A stretch of DNA of 53,779 nt from Actinomycetales bacterium (GTDB lineage Bacteria; Actinomycetota; Actinomycetes; Actinomycetales; DASROP01), in the NCBI GenBank assembly GCA_035646835.1, contig DASROP010000147.1:1-53779 (forward strand), read 5' to 3'. The notes under the pieces were generated by a model that made no database searches, had not been told where the DNA came from, and worked only from the letters and a program-made list of their open reading frames with translations. Every line of letters starts with the position of its first letter. The first letter of the stretch is position 1. A program made the translations under genes and the position numbers. Below, one piece after another: positions 28,772-39,093 of this stretch.

Positions 28772-30756
28772 GACGTCGCCTGCAGGGGAAGCACACCGCG
28801 GACGACGGCGCCCCGCGCGTGCGCGGCCGTCACCTCCAACCGGCCACCCAGCTGCTCCGCGCGAGAACGCATCGAGAGCAGCCCGACGCCGGCCGGCGCC
28901 TGCGCGTCGAGCCCGACGCCGTCGTCCGACACCTCCACGGTCAGCCGCCTGTCGTCCACCGCGAGCCTCACCACCGCTCGGCGCCCGCCGCTGTGCCTCT
29001 CCGCGTTGCGCAGCCCTTCGAGCGCGATGCGGTAGGCGGTGGCCTCCGTGACCGGATCGAGCGGAGGCAGGCGGTCGGGGACGTCGAGCTCCACAGCGAG
29101 CCCTCCGGCCCAGCCGCGGACGTGGTCCTGAAGCGCCGCGAGCAACCCGACCTCGTCGAGCGTCGTGGGGCGCAGGCCGGCCAGGATGCGACGCACCTCC
29201 TCCACGGCGCTGTCGACGTCAGCCCCCACGTACGACAGCACGTCGTCGACCCGACCGGCGCCAGCGCCCGCGGCGATGAGGTTGCGCGCGGCGCCGACCC
29301 GCATCCCCGCGGCGCCGAGCACGGGCCCGAGGCCGTCGTGCAGGTCCCGCTGCAACCGTTGTCGTTCCTCGGTTCTGGCCCCGAGCAGACGCTCGTGACT
29401 TCGGCGCAGGTCGGTGCGCAGGGAGACCGCGCGGACGGCGACACCCAGGTGGGCTGCGACGTCCGTCAGCAGGGCGACGTCGCGTGGGTGCAGCTCCTCG
29501 GCGGGGTGGCGACGTGAGACCTCCAGGCGGCCCACGAGCTCGCCGGCGTGACTGAGCGGCAGGGACAGGTCGGTGGCGAGCGGTGCGCCGTGACGTGCCT
29601 CGACGGTGCCGTCTGCCAGCGTGACGACGAGGTGCGGGAGTCGCAGGCTGCTCCCCAGCTCGCTCAGCGCCCCCGCGATCGGGCTGTCCGCCGGCGTCTG
29701 CTCGAGCCGGCGTCCGAGGTTGCGGACCACCTCGAGCGCGTCGCCCCCGTCGCCGAAGAGCATCCTGTCGATCTCGTGGCCCACGAGCCTGCGCAGCGGG
29801 AGCGCGGCGAGTGCCACGACGGCGGTCGTCACGAGCCCGGGCAGCAGCTCGGGGTCCGCGGGCAGCAGGGAGCGCAGCACCAGGGCCAGACCGAGGTAGA
29901 GGGCCAGGAGCAGGCCGGTCAGCACCGCGTAGGTCAGCCCGCGGCGCAGGACCAGCCCCAGGTCCCACAACCGGTGACGCAGCACGGCCACGGCCAGGCA
30001 GGCCACGAACGCCAGCGCGCCGACCACCTCCGTAACCCACCACAGTCCCAGGACGGTCGTGGACAGGACGGAGGCGACGAGCAGGCCGGCCCCGAGGCCG
30101 ACCCACCGGAGCTGTTGTCGCTCAACGGGTCCCGCCCGCCGGAAGCGGAGCGACAGGGACACGAGTCCGGCCAGCAGGAGCAGCGCGAGCAGGAGGGCCA
30201 GGCCGTCGACAGCAGGGGTGAGCGGCGCGAGGGCCGCGACGCCGAGCGGGTTGGGGACTCCCCCGACCGTGCCCTCGCCGCCGGGCACCAGGGCGCAGAG
30301 CAGGGCCAGGGTGGCGCTCAGGGCGACGGCGACCCGCTCGACGCGGACCCAGGCGTGACCGGCAGGGCGACCGTCGGGCAGTCGCAGCAGGACGACGACC
30401 AGACCGAGCGGCAGGGACACCCAGAGCCAGGTGGTGAGCCACACCGGCACCGAGACGAACGGCCACCCCTGGTCGAGGGCGAGGGCTGCCCAGACGCCCG
30501 CGGCCAGGGACAGCTGGGTCACGCACGACGTGGCCAGCAGGACCCAGGCGAGCGGGGCGTCCGGACGGCGGCCCGCCAACGTGGCGCCGATCAGCATCAG
30601 CCCGGTGAGCACCACGGTGAGCAGGACGACGGCAACCCGGTCGTCGGGACTCCCACCGAGATGGGCGGGGACGAACCAGAGGCCCGAGAGCACCACGCAG
30701 GCCAGCACGACCTGAACCGCGGCGACAGCGCGGGCGCCCGTGCGCCGTCCGTTCAT
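28768..30756 (-). CDS. Multi-pass membrane sensor histidine kinase (HisKA_3 type)
   Basis: About 8 hydrophobic segments in the N-terminal 330 aa. H-box RLQRDLHDGLGP. HATPase NAERHSGG...DDGVG. ATG at 30756 preceded by GGGGGAGGG. 4-nt overlap with the response regulator gene. Confidence 0.82.
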   Translation of the reverse strand: MNGRRTGARAVAAVQVVLACVVLSGLWFVPAHLGGSPDDRVAVVLLTVVLTGLMLIGATLAGRRPDAPLAWVLLATSCVTQLSLAAGVWAALALDQGWPFVSVPVWLTTWLWVSLPLGLVVVLLRLPDGRPAGHAWVRVERVAVALSATLALLCALVPGGEGTVGGVPNPLGVAALAPLTPAVDGLALLLALLLLAGLVSLSLRFRRAGPVERQQLRWVGLGAGLLVASVLSTTVLGLWWVTEVVGALAFVACLAVAVLRHRLWDLGLVLRRGLTYAVLTGLLLALYLGLALVLRSLLPADPELLPGLVTTAVVALAALPLRRLVGHEIDRMLFGDGGDALEVVRNLGRRLEQTPADSPIAGALSELGSSLRLPHLVVTLADGTVEARHGAPLATDLSLPLSHAGELVGRLEVSRRHPAEELHPRDVALLTDVAAHLGVAVRAVSLRTDLRRSHERLLGARTEERQRLQRDLHDGLGPVLGAAGMRVGAARNLIAAGAGAGRVDDVLSYVGADVDSAVEEVRRILAGLRPTTLDEVGLLAALQDHVRGWAGGLAVELDVPDRLPPLDPVTEATAYRIALEGLRNAERHSGGRRAVVRLAVDDRRLTVEVSDDGVGLDAQAPAGVGLLSMRSRAEQLGGRLEVTAAHARGAVVRGVLPLQATS

Positions 30757-30822
30757 GGCCCTCCCCCGCCAGCCAGCGTCCACAGCGTAGGCCGTGGCGT
30801 CGCCGTCCGGACTCGATTCGTC

Positions 30823-31407
30823 CTACACCAGGGCGGGAGCGGGCTTCCGTGAGGTGGCCAGCGAACGGCCGGCGACGATCAGGGCCACGCCCGTCACGGC
30901 CATGAAGGCCAGCGACAACGGCGCGCACAGCCCGCCCAGCACGATCAAGACCCCCGCCGTCCGGCCGACCACGCCGCTGCGCAGGCACCCGACGCCGAGC
31001 GCGATGGTGCCGAGCGTGAAGGCCGCGATCAGGGCGTAGAAGCCGACGCCGCCGAGCTCGCCGGCGAGGTCGGGAGCCGACGACCTCGCCTGCCACGGGA
31101 TGACGACGGCGACGTACCACTGGAGGGTGCTGCCGGCGAAGGCGCCGAGGGTGCCGAGCAGGGTGGCCGCCGTCCCGAGACCACCTCGGCTGCCCGGCCG
31201 CGCGGCCAGCCCCGGGACGGCGAGGCCGAGGAGGACGAAGCCTGCCATCGCCAGCCAGGCCGCGGCCGCGTGGGCGGGTGACTGGGCGACCTCGGCGAAG
31301 GGCCGGTCGCTCAGGACCGTGCTCTCGAGCTCGAACGGCAGGGCGAGCAGGAAGCACGCGCCTGCGGCGAGGAGCAGCGGGCGCGTCAGCTGGTGGAGTC
31401 GGGACAC
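30823..31407 (-). CDS. Hypothetical integral membrane protein
   Basis: Five to six hydrophobic helices. GTG start with GGAGG about 9 nt upstream. I recognise no family. Confidence 0.55.
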   Translation of the reverse strand: MSRLHQLTRPLLLAAGACFLLALPFELESTVLSDRPFAEVAQSPAHAAAAWLAMAGFVLLGLAVPGLAARPGSRGGLGTAATLLGTLGAFAGSTLQWYVAVVIPWQARSSAPDLAGELGGVGFYALIAAFTLGTIALGVGCLRSGVVGRTAGVLIVLGGLCAPLSLAFMAVTGVALIVAGRSLATSRKPAPALV

Positions 31408-31513
31408 GGTGGGTACCTCCGGAGGGCGGTCGCCGAGGACGTCTCGACGTGGCCACCAACGTGGCGTTCCCGCCTTCCCGAGCGCACGGGTGCAGGCTCC
31501 CGTTCAGTCTCCG

Positions 31514-31924
31514 TCACCAGACGGCGGTGACGCTGCGGTCCGTTCGTGCGTAACGGTGGATGAGGCGGTCCTTGGTGAGCAGCGGCACGCCGTGCCGCCG
31601 CGCGCTGGCGTAGAGGAAGCGGTCCGCAGGGTCGCCGTGGAAGCCGGGCAGCTCCGCGGCCGCGACGGCCACGGCTGCTGTCAGCTCGGCGAGCACCACC
31701 CGGTCGGCCGCGAACAGGTCGCGGGTCCAGGCCGCCGTCGGCCGGTCGAGGCGGACCCGGCCGCGCGCCACCAGCATGGCGATCTCCCAGCAGCTGATCG
31801 GGCTCACCAGGAGGGTGCGCGCGGTGGCCAGGTGGTCGCGGGCCGGTTCCGACAGCCGGTCGGATCCGGCTTGCCACCAGAGCAGCGCGTGCGTGTCCAG
31901 CAGGACCGGGTCAGCGCTCTGCAC
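31514..31924 (-). CDS. PIN-domain toxin (VapC family)
   Basis: VLLDTHALLWW...ISCWEIAML...DPADRFLYASA is the pattern of PIN toxins paired with Phd/YefM antitoxins. 14-nt overlap with the upstream antitoxin. Confidence 0.82.
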   Translation of the reverse strand: MQSADPVLLDTHALLWWQAGSDRLSEPARDHLATARTLLVSPISCWEIAMLVARGRVRLDRPTAAWTRDLFAADRVVLAELTAAVAVAAAELPGFHGDPADRFLYASARRHGVPLLTKDRLIHRYARTDRSVTAVW

Positions 31925-32141
31925 CCCAGGCCTCTCCCGTCGCGTAGTACGCCTCGTCGTCCTCGGCGAGCAGGGTCACGGACCCGAGGGTCGGCGCGGG
32001 CTCGTCGTCCAGGGGAACCAGCCTCGCGACGGGCCTCCCGCGTTTGGTGACGACGATGCTCGTGCGAGAGCGCGCGACCTCGTCGATGAGGGCGAGGCAG
32101 CGCGCCTTGAAGATGCTGGCCTGGATCCAGTTCTCCTCCAC
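31911..32141 (-). CDS. Phd/YefM family antitoxin
   Basis: ...ASIFKARCLALIDEVARSRTSIVVTKRGRPVARLVPL..., 76 aa. Confidence 0.8.
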   Translation of the reverse strand: MEENWIQASIFKARCLALIDEVARSRTSIVVTKRGRPVARLVPLDDEPAPTLGSVTLLAEDDEAYYATGEAWGAER

Positions 32142-32152
32142 CCCCGCAGATT

Positions 32153-32173
32153 ACTATGGTCCCCGACCATAGT
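32153..32173. promoter_or_regulatory. Candidate operator of the Phd-PIN module
   Basis: Perfect inverted repeat actatggtc-ccc-gaccatagt, beginning 12 nt upstream of the antitoxin start codon (minus strand). Confidence 0.4.
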
Positions 32174-32178
32174 CACAT

Positions 32179-32220
32179 TGCCCCGGGACAGTCAGGTGCC
32201 CGGGGCAGCCTTTCAGGCTG
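32179..32220 (+). promoter_or_regulatory. Two adjacent stem-loops in the jetA upstream region
   Basis: tgccccggg (32179-32187) pairs with cccggggca (32199-32207) across an 11-nt loop. cagcct-ttc-aggctg spans 32206-32220. They lie about 70-110 nt upstream of the jetA ATG. Function is unknown. Confidence 0.3.
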
Positions 32221-32288
32221 TCCGACCCCTGTGATTATCTACCGCCCAGCCGGTGGACGGCGACGGAGCGGGAGGAGGCAGCCAGGAC

Positions 32289-33851
32289 ATGTCGGAGACC
32301 ACCTCGTCGCTACGGCCGTTCACCCACCTGGCGGTGGAGAAAACGACGGCGTACCGCGACGTGCTCGACACGTTCGCGGCGGCCAAGGCGCGCTTCACGG
32401 TGCACCTGCGCCCCGAGGACGTCGCGGACGATATGCGAGAACCACCAGCTGACCACGAGCTGACCCTCCTGCTCGACCAGCTGGTCACCTGGGGCAACCT
32501 GCGGGCCGACCCCGACACGAGCCGGGTGACGACGGTCGAGGACTTCCACCGCGCCCGTTACCTGTACTCGCTCACGCGTGACGGCGACGCGGTGGAGGCG
32601 GCGCTGGTCGCCTACGATGCGGCCCTCGGCCAGCGCGGAGAGCTGCAGGCCGTGGCGCTGGCCGACATCCGCGACCAGCTGCGGGGCTTGGACACCCTCG
32701 ACCCCGCCGATGACGCAAAGGCGCACGCGGGGCTGATCCTGCTTACCGACCGGTTCGCCGGCCTGGCAGCCAATGCGCAGGCGTTCATGTCGTCGGTGCA
32801 GCGGTCGGTCGACCTCGCGGACGCGGACGTCGAGGTGTTCCTGGCGTACAAGGACCGCCTGGTGGAGTACCTCCAGCGGTTCCTGCGGGACCTCGTGGTG
32901 GCCGGGGCCGACATCGCGGCCCAGCTCGACGCGCTCGAGCCGGACGTCGACGCCCTCCTGCTGGCCGCGGCCCGGCGGGAGGCGCGGGACGCGGCACCCG
33001 GCGAGGACGCCGGCACGGAGTCGGCCGACGAGAGCGTCGCGCTGCGGGTGCGGCAGTGGCGGTCACGCTGGGCGGGGTTGCGGCACTGGTTCATCGGCGA
33101 CCGTCACCACCCCTCGCAGTCCGCGCTGCTGCGAGACCGCGCGCGAGCCGCCGTCCCCGCCCTGCTGACCGCGGCGGCCGCGCTGCACGACCGGCGGTCC
33201 GGGCGCTCGGACCGGTCCGCCGACTTCCGCAGGCTCGCCCTGTGGTTCGCCCAGGCCCCCGACGACACGAGCTGCCACCGGATCTGGAGGGCCGCCTTCG
33301 GCCTCGCGCCGGCGCGGCACCTCACGGTGGACGTGGAGACGCTGGACGCACGGGAGCAGACCATGGTGCCGCCGTCCACCCCCTGGTCGCAGGCTCCACC
33401 GGTGGTGATCACCCCGCGGCTCCGCCGCACCGGGCGGATCGAGCGACGCGGCAAGCCGGCTTCGGTGACCGACCGCTCGGCGCAGCGCACGCACCTGGCG
33501 GCCCTGGCGGCCGCCGAGCACGAGCAGGTCGAGGCTGCGCGGCGCCGGCTGGCCACGGGGCGCCCGACCAGGCTCTCCGAGCTCGACGAGCTCGACCCGG
33601 ACTCCTTCGGGCTTTTCCTGTCGCTGCTCGGCGACGCACTGTCGGCTCGGGTCCCGGGCGCCGCGACGGTCGAGACGACCACCAGCGACGGCTCGCTCGC
33701 GGTGCGCCTGTCTCCCACGCACGACGGTCGTCGGGCCGCCGTCCGCACCCCCGGTGGGGTGCTGCGCGGGCCGGACCACGTCCTGACGGTGCACGACGTC
33801 ACCGGCGACGCACGGCGTGACGACGACCTCCGTGAAGGAGCCGCGTCGTGA
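32289..33851 (+). CDS. jetA: Wadjet JetA (TIGR02677 / DUF2397 family, kleisin-like)
   Basis: LRPFTHLAVEKTTAYRDVLDTFAAAKARFTVHLRPEDV matches the N-terminal pattern of TIGR02677 proteins as I remember it. It is the first gene of a four-gene overlapping operon. Confidence 0.82.
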   Translation: MSETTSSLRPFTHLAVEKTTAYRDVLDTFAAAKARFTVHLRPEDVADDMREPPADHELTLLLDQLVTWGNLRADPDTSRVTTVEDFHRARYLYSLTRDGDAVEAALVAYDAALGQRGELQAVALADIRDQLRGLDTLDPADDAKAHAGLILLTDRFAGLAANAQAFMSSVQRSVDLADADVEVFLAYKDRLVEYLQRFLRDLVVAGADIAAQLDALEPDVDALLLAAARREARDAAPGEDAGTESADESVALRVRQWRSRWAGLRHWFIGDRHHPSQSALLRDRARAAVPALLTAAAALHDRRSGRSDRSADFRRLALWFAQAPDDTSCHRIWRAAFGLAPARHLTVDVETLDAREQTMVPPSTPWSQAPPVVITPRLRRTGRIERRGKPASVTDRSAQRTHLAALAAAEHEQVEAARRRLATGRPTRLSELDELDPDSFGLFLSLLGDALSARVPGAATVETTTSDGSLAVRLSPTHDGRRAAVRTPGGVLRGPDHVLTVHDVTGDARRDDDLREGAAS

Positions 33852-35044
33852 CCGACGGGCTGACCGACGCGCTGGAGGCCAGCCGGCTCGCCGAGCGGCG
33901 GCGGGCCGCCCGGGCGCTGCTCCGCAGGCCCCTGCTGCCCAGCACCGACCCGGCGTTCGGCGCCGTGAAGCGACAGTCCGTGTGGCTGCGGGACTGGTTC
34001 GCACGGGAGACGGGCTGGCACGTTCAGGTGGACCCCGAGACGGTGCGGCTGCGCAAGCGGCCGGCTGACCTGGACGACGGGACGCGTCCCGCGATGTCGG
34101 CCCCGGGCCAGCCGTTGCGCCGCCGCCGCTACGTGCTGCTCTGCCTGGCGCTCGCCGCGCTCGAACGGTCGGACGCCCAGACCACACTCGGCCGGCTCGC
34201 GGAGTCGGTGCTCGCAGGCGCGGCCGACCCCGACCTGGGGGCTGCCGGGGTCCGGCTCGACCTCGACACGCGCGAGGACCGGGCCGACCTGGTCGCTGCG
34301 GTGCGGGTGCTGCTCGCGCTCGGCGTGCTGCGACGCGTCGCGGGTGACGAGACGGGATACGTCCACGGCCCCGGCGACGCGCTCTACGACGTGGACCGCA
34401 GGGTCCTCTCCGGGCTGCTGGTGACCGGCCGCGGGCCGTCCACGGTCGACGCGACGGGTCTCGACGAGCGTCTGGCCCTGGCAGCAGACGAGCTGGTCGC
34501 CGATACCGACGAGGCCCGGACCCGCGCAGTCCGCCACCGGCTGACCCGACGCCTGCTGGACGACCCCGTCGTGTACTACTCCGACCTGACGGACGACGAG
34601 ACGGCCTACCTCTCGTCGCAGCGCGCCGCCGTCTTGCGCCGCATCCGCGAAGCGACGGGACTGGTGGAGGAGGTGCGCGCCGAGGGCATCGCCCTGGTCG
34701 ATCCCGCGGGACGCGACGCGCTCAGCGACGTGACGATGCCCGAGGAGGGCACCGACGGGCACGTCACCCTGCTCCTGGCCGAGCACCTGGCCGCGTTCGA
34801 CGGCGCCGCGGTGCCGCTGGCTGCGCTGGAGAGCCACGCAGCCGCGCTCGCGGTCGAGCACCGCACGCACTGGCGCAAGGGGTCCGACGAACCCGCCGCG
34901 GTCGCCGAGCTGACCGCCAGGGCGGTCGACCGTCTGGCGGCGCTGCGGCTGGCCGACCGGGACGACGACGGGGTGCGCGCGCTGCCCGCGCTCGCCCGGT
35001 TCCGCGTCGCCGCGGCCGTCGTCCCGGAGGAAGCACTCGCGTGA
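33848..35044 (+). CDS. jetB: Wadjet JetB (TIGR02678 / DUF2398 family, KITE-like)
   Basis: ARALLRRPLLPSTDPAFGAVKRQSVWLRDWFARETGWHVQVDPETVRLRKRP matches the TIGR02678 pattern. GTGA overlap with jetA. Confidence 0.82.
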   Translation: MTDGLTDALEASRLAERRRAARALLRRPLLPSTDPAFGAVKRQSVWLRDWFARETGWHVQVDPETVRLRKRPADLDDGTRPAMSAPGQPLRRRRYVLLCLALAALERSDAQTTLGRLAESVLAGAADPDLGAAGVRLDLDTREDRADLVAAVRVLLALGVLRRVAGDETGYVHGPGDALYDVDRRVLSGLLVTGRGPSTVDATGLDERLALAADELVADTDEARTRAVRHRLTRRLLDDPVVYYSDLTDDETAYLSSQRAAVLRRIREATGLVEEVRAEGIALVDPAGRDALSDVTMPEEGTDGHVTLLLAEHLAAFDGAAVPLAALESHAAALAVEHRTHWRKGSDEPAAVAELTARAVDRLAALRLADRDDDGVRALPALARFRVAAAVVPEEALA

Positions 35045-38000
35045 CCGCGACCCGTTGGCAGCCGGTACGCGCCGGCCTGGTGGACCTCTTCTACTACGAC
35101 GCGGAGGAGTTCGCGTTCCGCGACGGCCACCTCCTGCTGCGCGGCAACAACGGGACCGGCAAGTCGAAGGTGCTCGCGCTGCTGCTGCCTTTCCTGCTGG
35201 AGGGCAACACGGCATCGCACCGGGTCGAACCGGACGGCGACCCCGGCAAGCGGATGGAGTGGAACCTGCTGCTCGGCGGCCGGCACCCGCACAGCGAGCG
35301 CACCGGCTACGCCTGGTGTGAGTTCGGTCGCCGCGACGCCGCGGGGCAACAGCACCGCCTGACGATCGGCGCCGGGCTGAAGGCGGTCACGGGACGAACC
35401 GGGGTGACGAGCTGGTTCTTCGTCACCGACCAGGGGGTCGGGGACGACCTGCACCTGGTCGGCCCCGACCGCAGGGTCCTGACCCGTGAGCGGCTGAGCG
35501 AGGCGATCGGCGAGCGCGGCACCGTTCACCGGGAGGCGGAGCGCTACCGCCGCGCGGTCAACGAGGCGCTGTTCGACCTCTCCCCCGACCGCTACGACGC
35601 CCTGGTGACCCTGCTGGTGCAGCTGCGGCAGCCCTCGCTGTCCAAGCGCCCCGACGAGCGCCGCCTCTCGGCCGCGCTGACCGAGGCGCTGCCGCCGCTG
35701 GACGACGCCGTGGTCGTGGACGTCGCCGACGCCTTCCGGAGCCTGGAGGAGGAGCGGCTGGCCCTGGCGGCGCACCGGGAGGCACGGGACGCCGCGGCAG
35801 CGTTCGCGACGACATACGGCGCTTACGCCCGCATCGCGTCCCGCCGCAGGGCCGCCGAGCCACGCACCGCGCAGTCACGGTACGAGGAGACGGGGCGTCG
35901 GCTGACCGCAGCGCGCGACGCACTGACCAGGGCCCGCGAGGACGAGCAGCGGGCCACGGCAGCACAGCAGGACGTCGAGCGGTCGCGTGTCGTCGCGGCC
36001 GAGCACGAGCGGGTGCTGATCTCCAGTCCCGAGATGCGCTCGGCCGAGGACCTCCGGCGTGCGGAGCAGGACGTGGTCGACGCCGGTGGGCGGGCCACGG
36101 TCGCGAGGGCCGAGGCCGAGACCGCCACCGACGACGTCGCACGGCAGACCAAGCGGACGGCGTCCGCGACCCGGCGCCACGACGACGCGGTCGAGGCGGC
36201 GGGCGGCCTCGGTGCCGACGCGCAGCGGCAGGCGTCGCAGGCGCGTGTCCCCACGGCGGACCTGCACGAGCCGGACCGCGGCCAGGTCGAGCGTGACGTG
36301 GACACGACGCTGCGGGCCGTCGAGCAGCTCAGGCAGCTGGTGGACCGTGCCGACCGCCGGCGGGTCGAGCACACCGACGCGCAGCGCCGCCGGGAGGAGT
36401 CGGCGCAGGCCGCCGATGCCGCCGTCGAGCAGCTCTCGCAGGCTCGCGCCCAGGTTGCCGCGTCCGGCGAGGCCCTGGTCTCGGCCGCGCGCGGCTGGCT
36501 GGACGGTGCGACGGCACTGCGGTCGGTCGTCCCCGGCGCGGTCGGCCCCGAGGACCCGGTGGAGGCCCTCGGCGGCTGGGTCGAGACGCTGGCGGGCCGC
36601 TACCCGCTCGCCGCCTTCGCCGAGACCGCCGGCCGCGCCGCCGCCGACCTGCTGGGGCGCCGTGACGCGGGGCTCCAGGCCGGCGAGAGGGCACTGGGCG
36701 TCCAGCGCGCCGTGATCGTCGAGGAGCGGGCCGAGCTCGAGGCCGGGGTCGACGTCGTCCCCGACCCCTCCCCGACCCGCGACCACCCGTCACGCCGTGA
36801 CCGCGCTGGCGCACCGCTGTGGCGGCTGGTCGACTTCGCCGACGACACCGACCCCGCCGCCCGGGCGGGGGTCGAGGCCGCGCTCGAAGCGGCAGGGCTG
36901 CTCGACGCCTGGGTCACCCCGACCGGTGAGCTGCTGGACGCCGACGACGCCGTCGTGGCCACGGCCGTGCCGGTAGAGCGCAACCTGGGGACGACGCTGC
37001 GGGTGGCCGTCGACCGGGGCGACACGCAGTCGGCCGCCGTGCCGGACGACGTGGTGGGCGCCGTCCTGTCCGGCATCGGCCTCGGGCCCGGCGACGCACC
37101 CACCTGGGTGTCGACCGACGGGCGGTACCGGGTCGGGTCCCTGACCGGCCGCTGGCGCAAGGACGAGGCGCGCTACATCGGCGCCGGTACCCGGGAGCGC
37201 ACGCGGCGGGACCGTCTCGCCGAGCTGGCGGCCGAGCTGGAGAGCGTGGACGCGCGGCTGACGACCGTGGCCGGCGACCGCGCAGCGGTCGCCGTGCAGC
37301 TCGCGGCCGTCGAGGCCGAGCTCGCCGCGGTGCCCGACGACGGTCACCTGCGGGGGGCGCACGCGACGGTCAGCGAGCGGGTCACCTTGCGCGCCCGCGC
37401 CGCCGAGCGGCTCACCCGCGACGAGACCGCCGAAGCCGCGGCCCGCGAGCAGCTGACGGCCGCGGAGACCGAGCGGAACCGAGCGGCGGCAGAGCGCGGC
37501 CTGCCTGGCGAGCGGGACGCGCTGGACGCCGTCGCCCGGGCCCTGGAGGACTACCGGCGGACGCTGGCTCAGCTGTGGCCCGCGCTGTCGGCGCGGGATG
37601 CCGCCGGAGCCGCCCTGGCCGAGGCCGAGGAAGACCTGGGTCGGGCGCGGCACGAGCTCGGGCGCCGCCGGGAGGTCACCGGCGAGGTCGCGGCTGTCGA
37701 GCACCGGGCCGCCGCGCACCGTGACGGCCTGCGCTCGACCGTCGGCGCCGCCGTCGCCGACCTGGAGCGGAGGCTGGCCGAGGTCCAGGCCGAGCTAGAC
37801 CGCCTGTCGCGTGCGACCGAGGAGCTCACGCAGCGACGCCTGGACCTGGCCAGAGCCGTCGGCGACGCCGAGGGCCGCGAGCAGGAGCTGGCCGAACAGC
37901 TCCAGCGGGTCACCGACACGCGTGCCGGGGCCACCGAACGGCTGCGCGCCTTCGCGCGGACGGGGCTGCTGGCGGCCGCCGTCCCGGACCTCGAGATCCC

Positions 38001-39093
38001 CGACCCCGACTCGGAGTGGGCACCGACGCCGACGGTCGTCCTAGCCCGGTCGGTGGAGGCAGCGCTGGCCGACGTCCGCGAGGACGACGACGCCTGGCAG
38101 CGCGCCACGCGCCAGGTCACCGAGGGCCTGGCCGGCCTCGGCGAGGTGCTCTCACGCTCCGGCAACGCCGTCTCGCACATCCCGGGTGACGACGGGGTCG
38201 TCGTCACCACCAGCTTCCGCAACCGCGACCTGAGCGTCGGGCAGCTGACGGCCGCGCTGAACGACGAGCTCACCGAGCGCGAGCGTGTCCTGTCCGCGCA
38301 CGAGCGAACGGTGCTGGAGAACCACCTGGTCGACGAGGTCGCGGCGCGGCTTGCCGAGCTGATCCGGGGCGCCGAGGCACAGGTCGAGCGGATGAACACC
38401 GAGCTGTCGCAACGACCGACGAGCACCGGCATGCGGCTCCGGTTCGAGTGGACCCCCGCGGACGACGGCCCCGCCGGCCTGGCCGAGGCGCGTGGCCGGC
38501 TGCTGCGTCAGACCAGCGACGCGTGGAGCGAGCCCGACCGGGAAGCCGTCGGAGACTTCCTGCAGGCGCAGATCGCGGCGGTCCGCGCCCGCGACGAGGG
38601 CGGCACGTGGAGCGAGCATCTCAGCGCGGCGCTGGACTACCGGGCGTGGCACCGGTTCGCCGTCCAGCGTTATGCCGAGGGCCGCTGGCGGCCGGCGAGC
38701 GGCCCGGCGTCCGGCGGCGAGCGGGTGCTGGCCGCGACCATCCCCCTGTTCGCCGCGGCCGCGTCCCACTACGCCTCGGCCGGAAACCCGCACGCCCCAC
38801 GGCTCGTCCTGCTCGACGAGGCCTTCGCCGGCGTGGACGACGACAGCCGGGCGAAGTGCCTCGGGCTGCTGTCGGAGTTCGACCTCGACTACGTCCTGAC
38901 GAGCGAGCGGGAGTGGGGCTGCTACCCGACGGTGCCGGGTCTGGCCATCGCCCACCTCTCCCGTCGCGACGGGATCGACGCCGTCCTCGTCTCCCGCTGG
39001 GAGTGGGACGGCACCCGGCGCACTAGGGCCGACGAGCCGACCCGGGCTGTGGCGGCGAGGGCGAGCCCGGCGGACGACGGCCTGTTCGCGTGA
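35041..39093 (+). CDS. jetC: Wadjet JetC (TIGR02680, SMC-like ATPase)
   Basis: 1350 aa. Walker A GNNGTGKSK near the N-terminus. A long Ala/Glu/Arg-rich coiled-coil middle. Signature-like SGGERV and Walker B RLVLLDEAFAGVDD near the C-terminus. GTGA overlap with jetB. Confidence 0.9.
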   Translation: MTATRWQPVRAGLVDLFYYDAEEFAFRDGHLLLRGNNGTGKSKVLALLLPFLLEGNTASHRVEPDGDPGKRMEWNLLLGGRHPHSERTGYAWCEFGRRDAAGQQHRLTIGAGLKAVTGRTGVTSWFFVTDQGVGDDLHLVGPDRRVLTRERLSEAIGERGTVHREAERYRRAVNEALFDLSPDRYDALVTLLVQLRQPSLSKRPDERRLSAALTEALPPLDDAVVVDVADAFRSLEEERLALAAHREARDAAAAFATTYGAYARIASRRRAAEPRTAQSRYEETGRRLTAARDALTRAREDEQRATAAQQDVERSRVVAAEHERVLISSPEMRSAEDLRRAEQDVVDAGGRATVARAEAETATDDVARQTKRTASATRRHDDAVEAAGGLGADAQRQASQARVPTADLHEPDRGQVERDVDTTLRAVEQLRQLVDRADRRRVEHTDAQRRREESAQAADAAVEQLSQARAQVAASGEALVSAARGWLDGATALRSVVPGAVGPEDPVEALGGWVETLAGRYPLAAFAETAGRAAADLLGRRDAGLQAGERALGVQRAVIVEERAELEAGVDVVPDPSPTRDHPSRRDRAGAPLWRLVDFADDTDPAARAGVEAALEAAGLLDAWVTPTGELLDADDAVVATAVPVERNLGTTLRVAVDRGDTQSAAVPDDVVGAVLSGIGLGPGDAPTWVSTDGRYRVGSLTGRWRKDEARYIGAGTRERTRRDRLAELAAELESVDARLTTVAGDRAAVAVQLAAVEAELAAVPDDGHLRGAHATVSERVTLRARAAERLTRDETAEAAAREQLTAAETERNRAAAERGLPGERDALDAVARALEDYRRTLAQLWPALSARDAAGAALAEAEEDLGRARHELGRRREVTGEVAAVEHRAAAHRDGLRSTVGAAVADLERRLAEVQAELDRLSRATEELTQRRLDLARAVGDAEGREQELAEQLQRVTDTRAGATERLRAFARTGLLAAAVPDLEIPDPDSEWAPTPTVVLARSVEAALADVREDDDAWQRATRQVTEGLAGLGEVLSRSGNAVSHIPGDDGVVVTTSFRNRDLSVGQLTAALNDELTERERVLSAHERTVLENHLVDEVAARLAELIRGAEAQVERMNTELSQRPTSTGMRLRFEWTPADDGPAGLAEARGRLLRQTSDAWSEPDREAVGDFLQAQIAAVRARDEGGTWSEHLSAALDYRAWHRFAVQRYAEGRWRPASGPASGGERVLAATIPLFAAAASHYASAGNPHAPRLVLLDEAFAGVDDDSRAKCLGLLSEFDLDYVLTSEREWGCYPTVPGLAIAHLSRRDGIDAVLVSRWEWDGTRRTRADEPTRAVAARASPADDGLFA

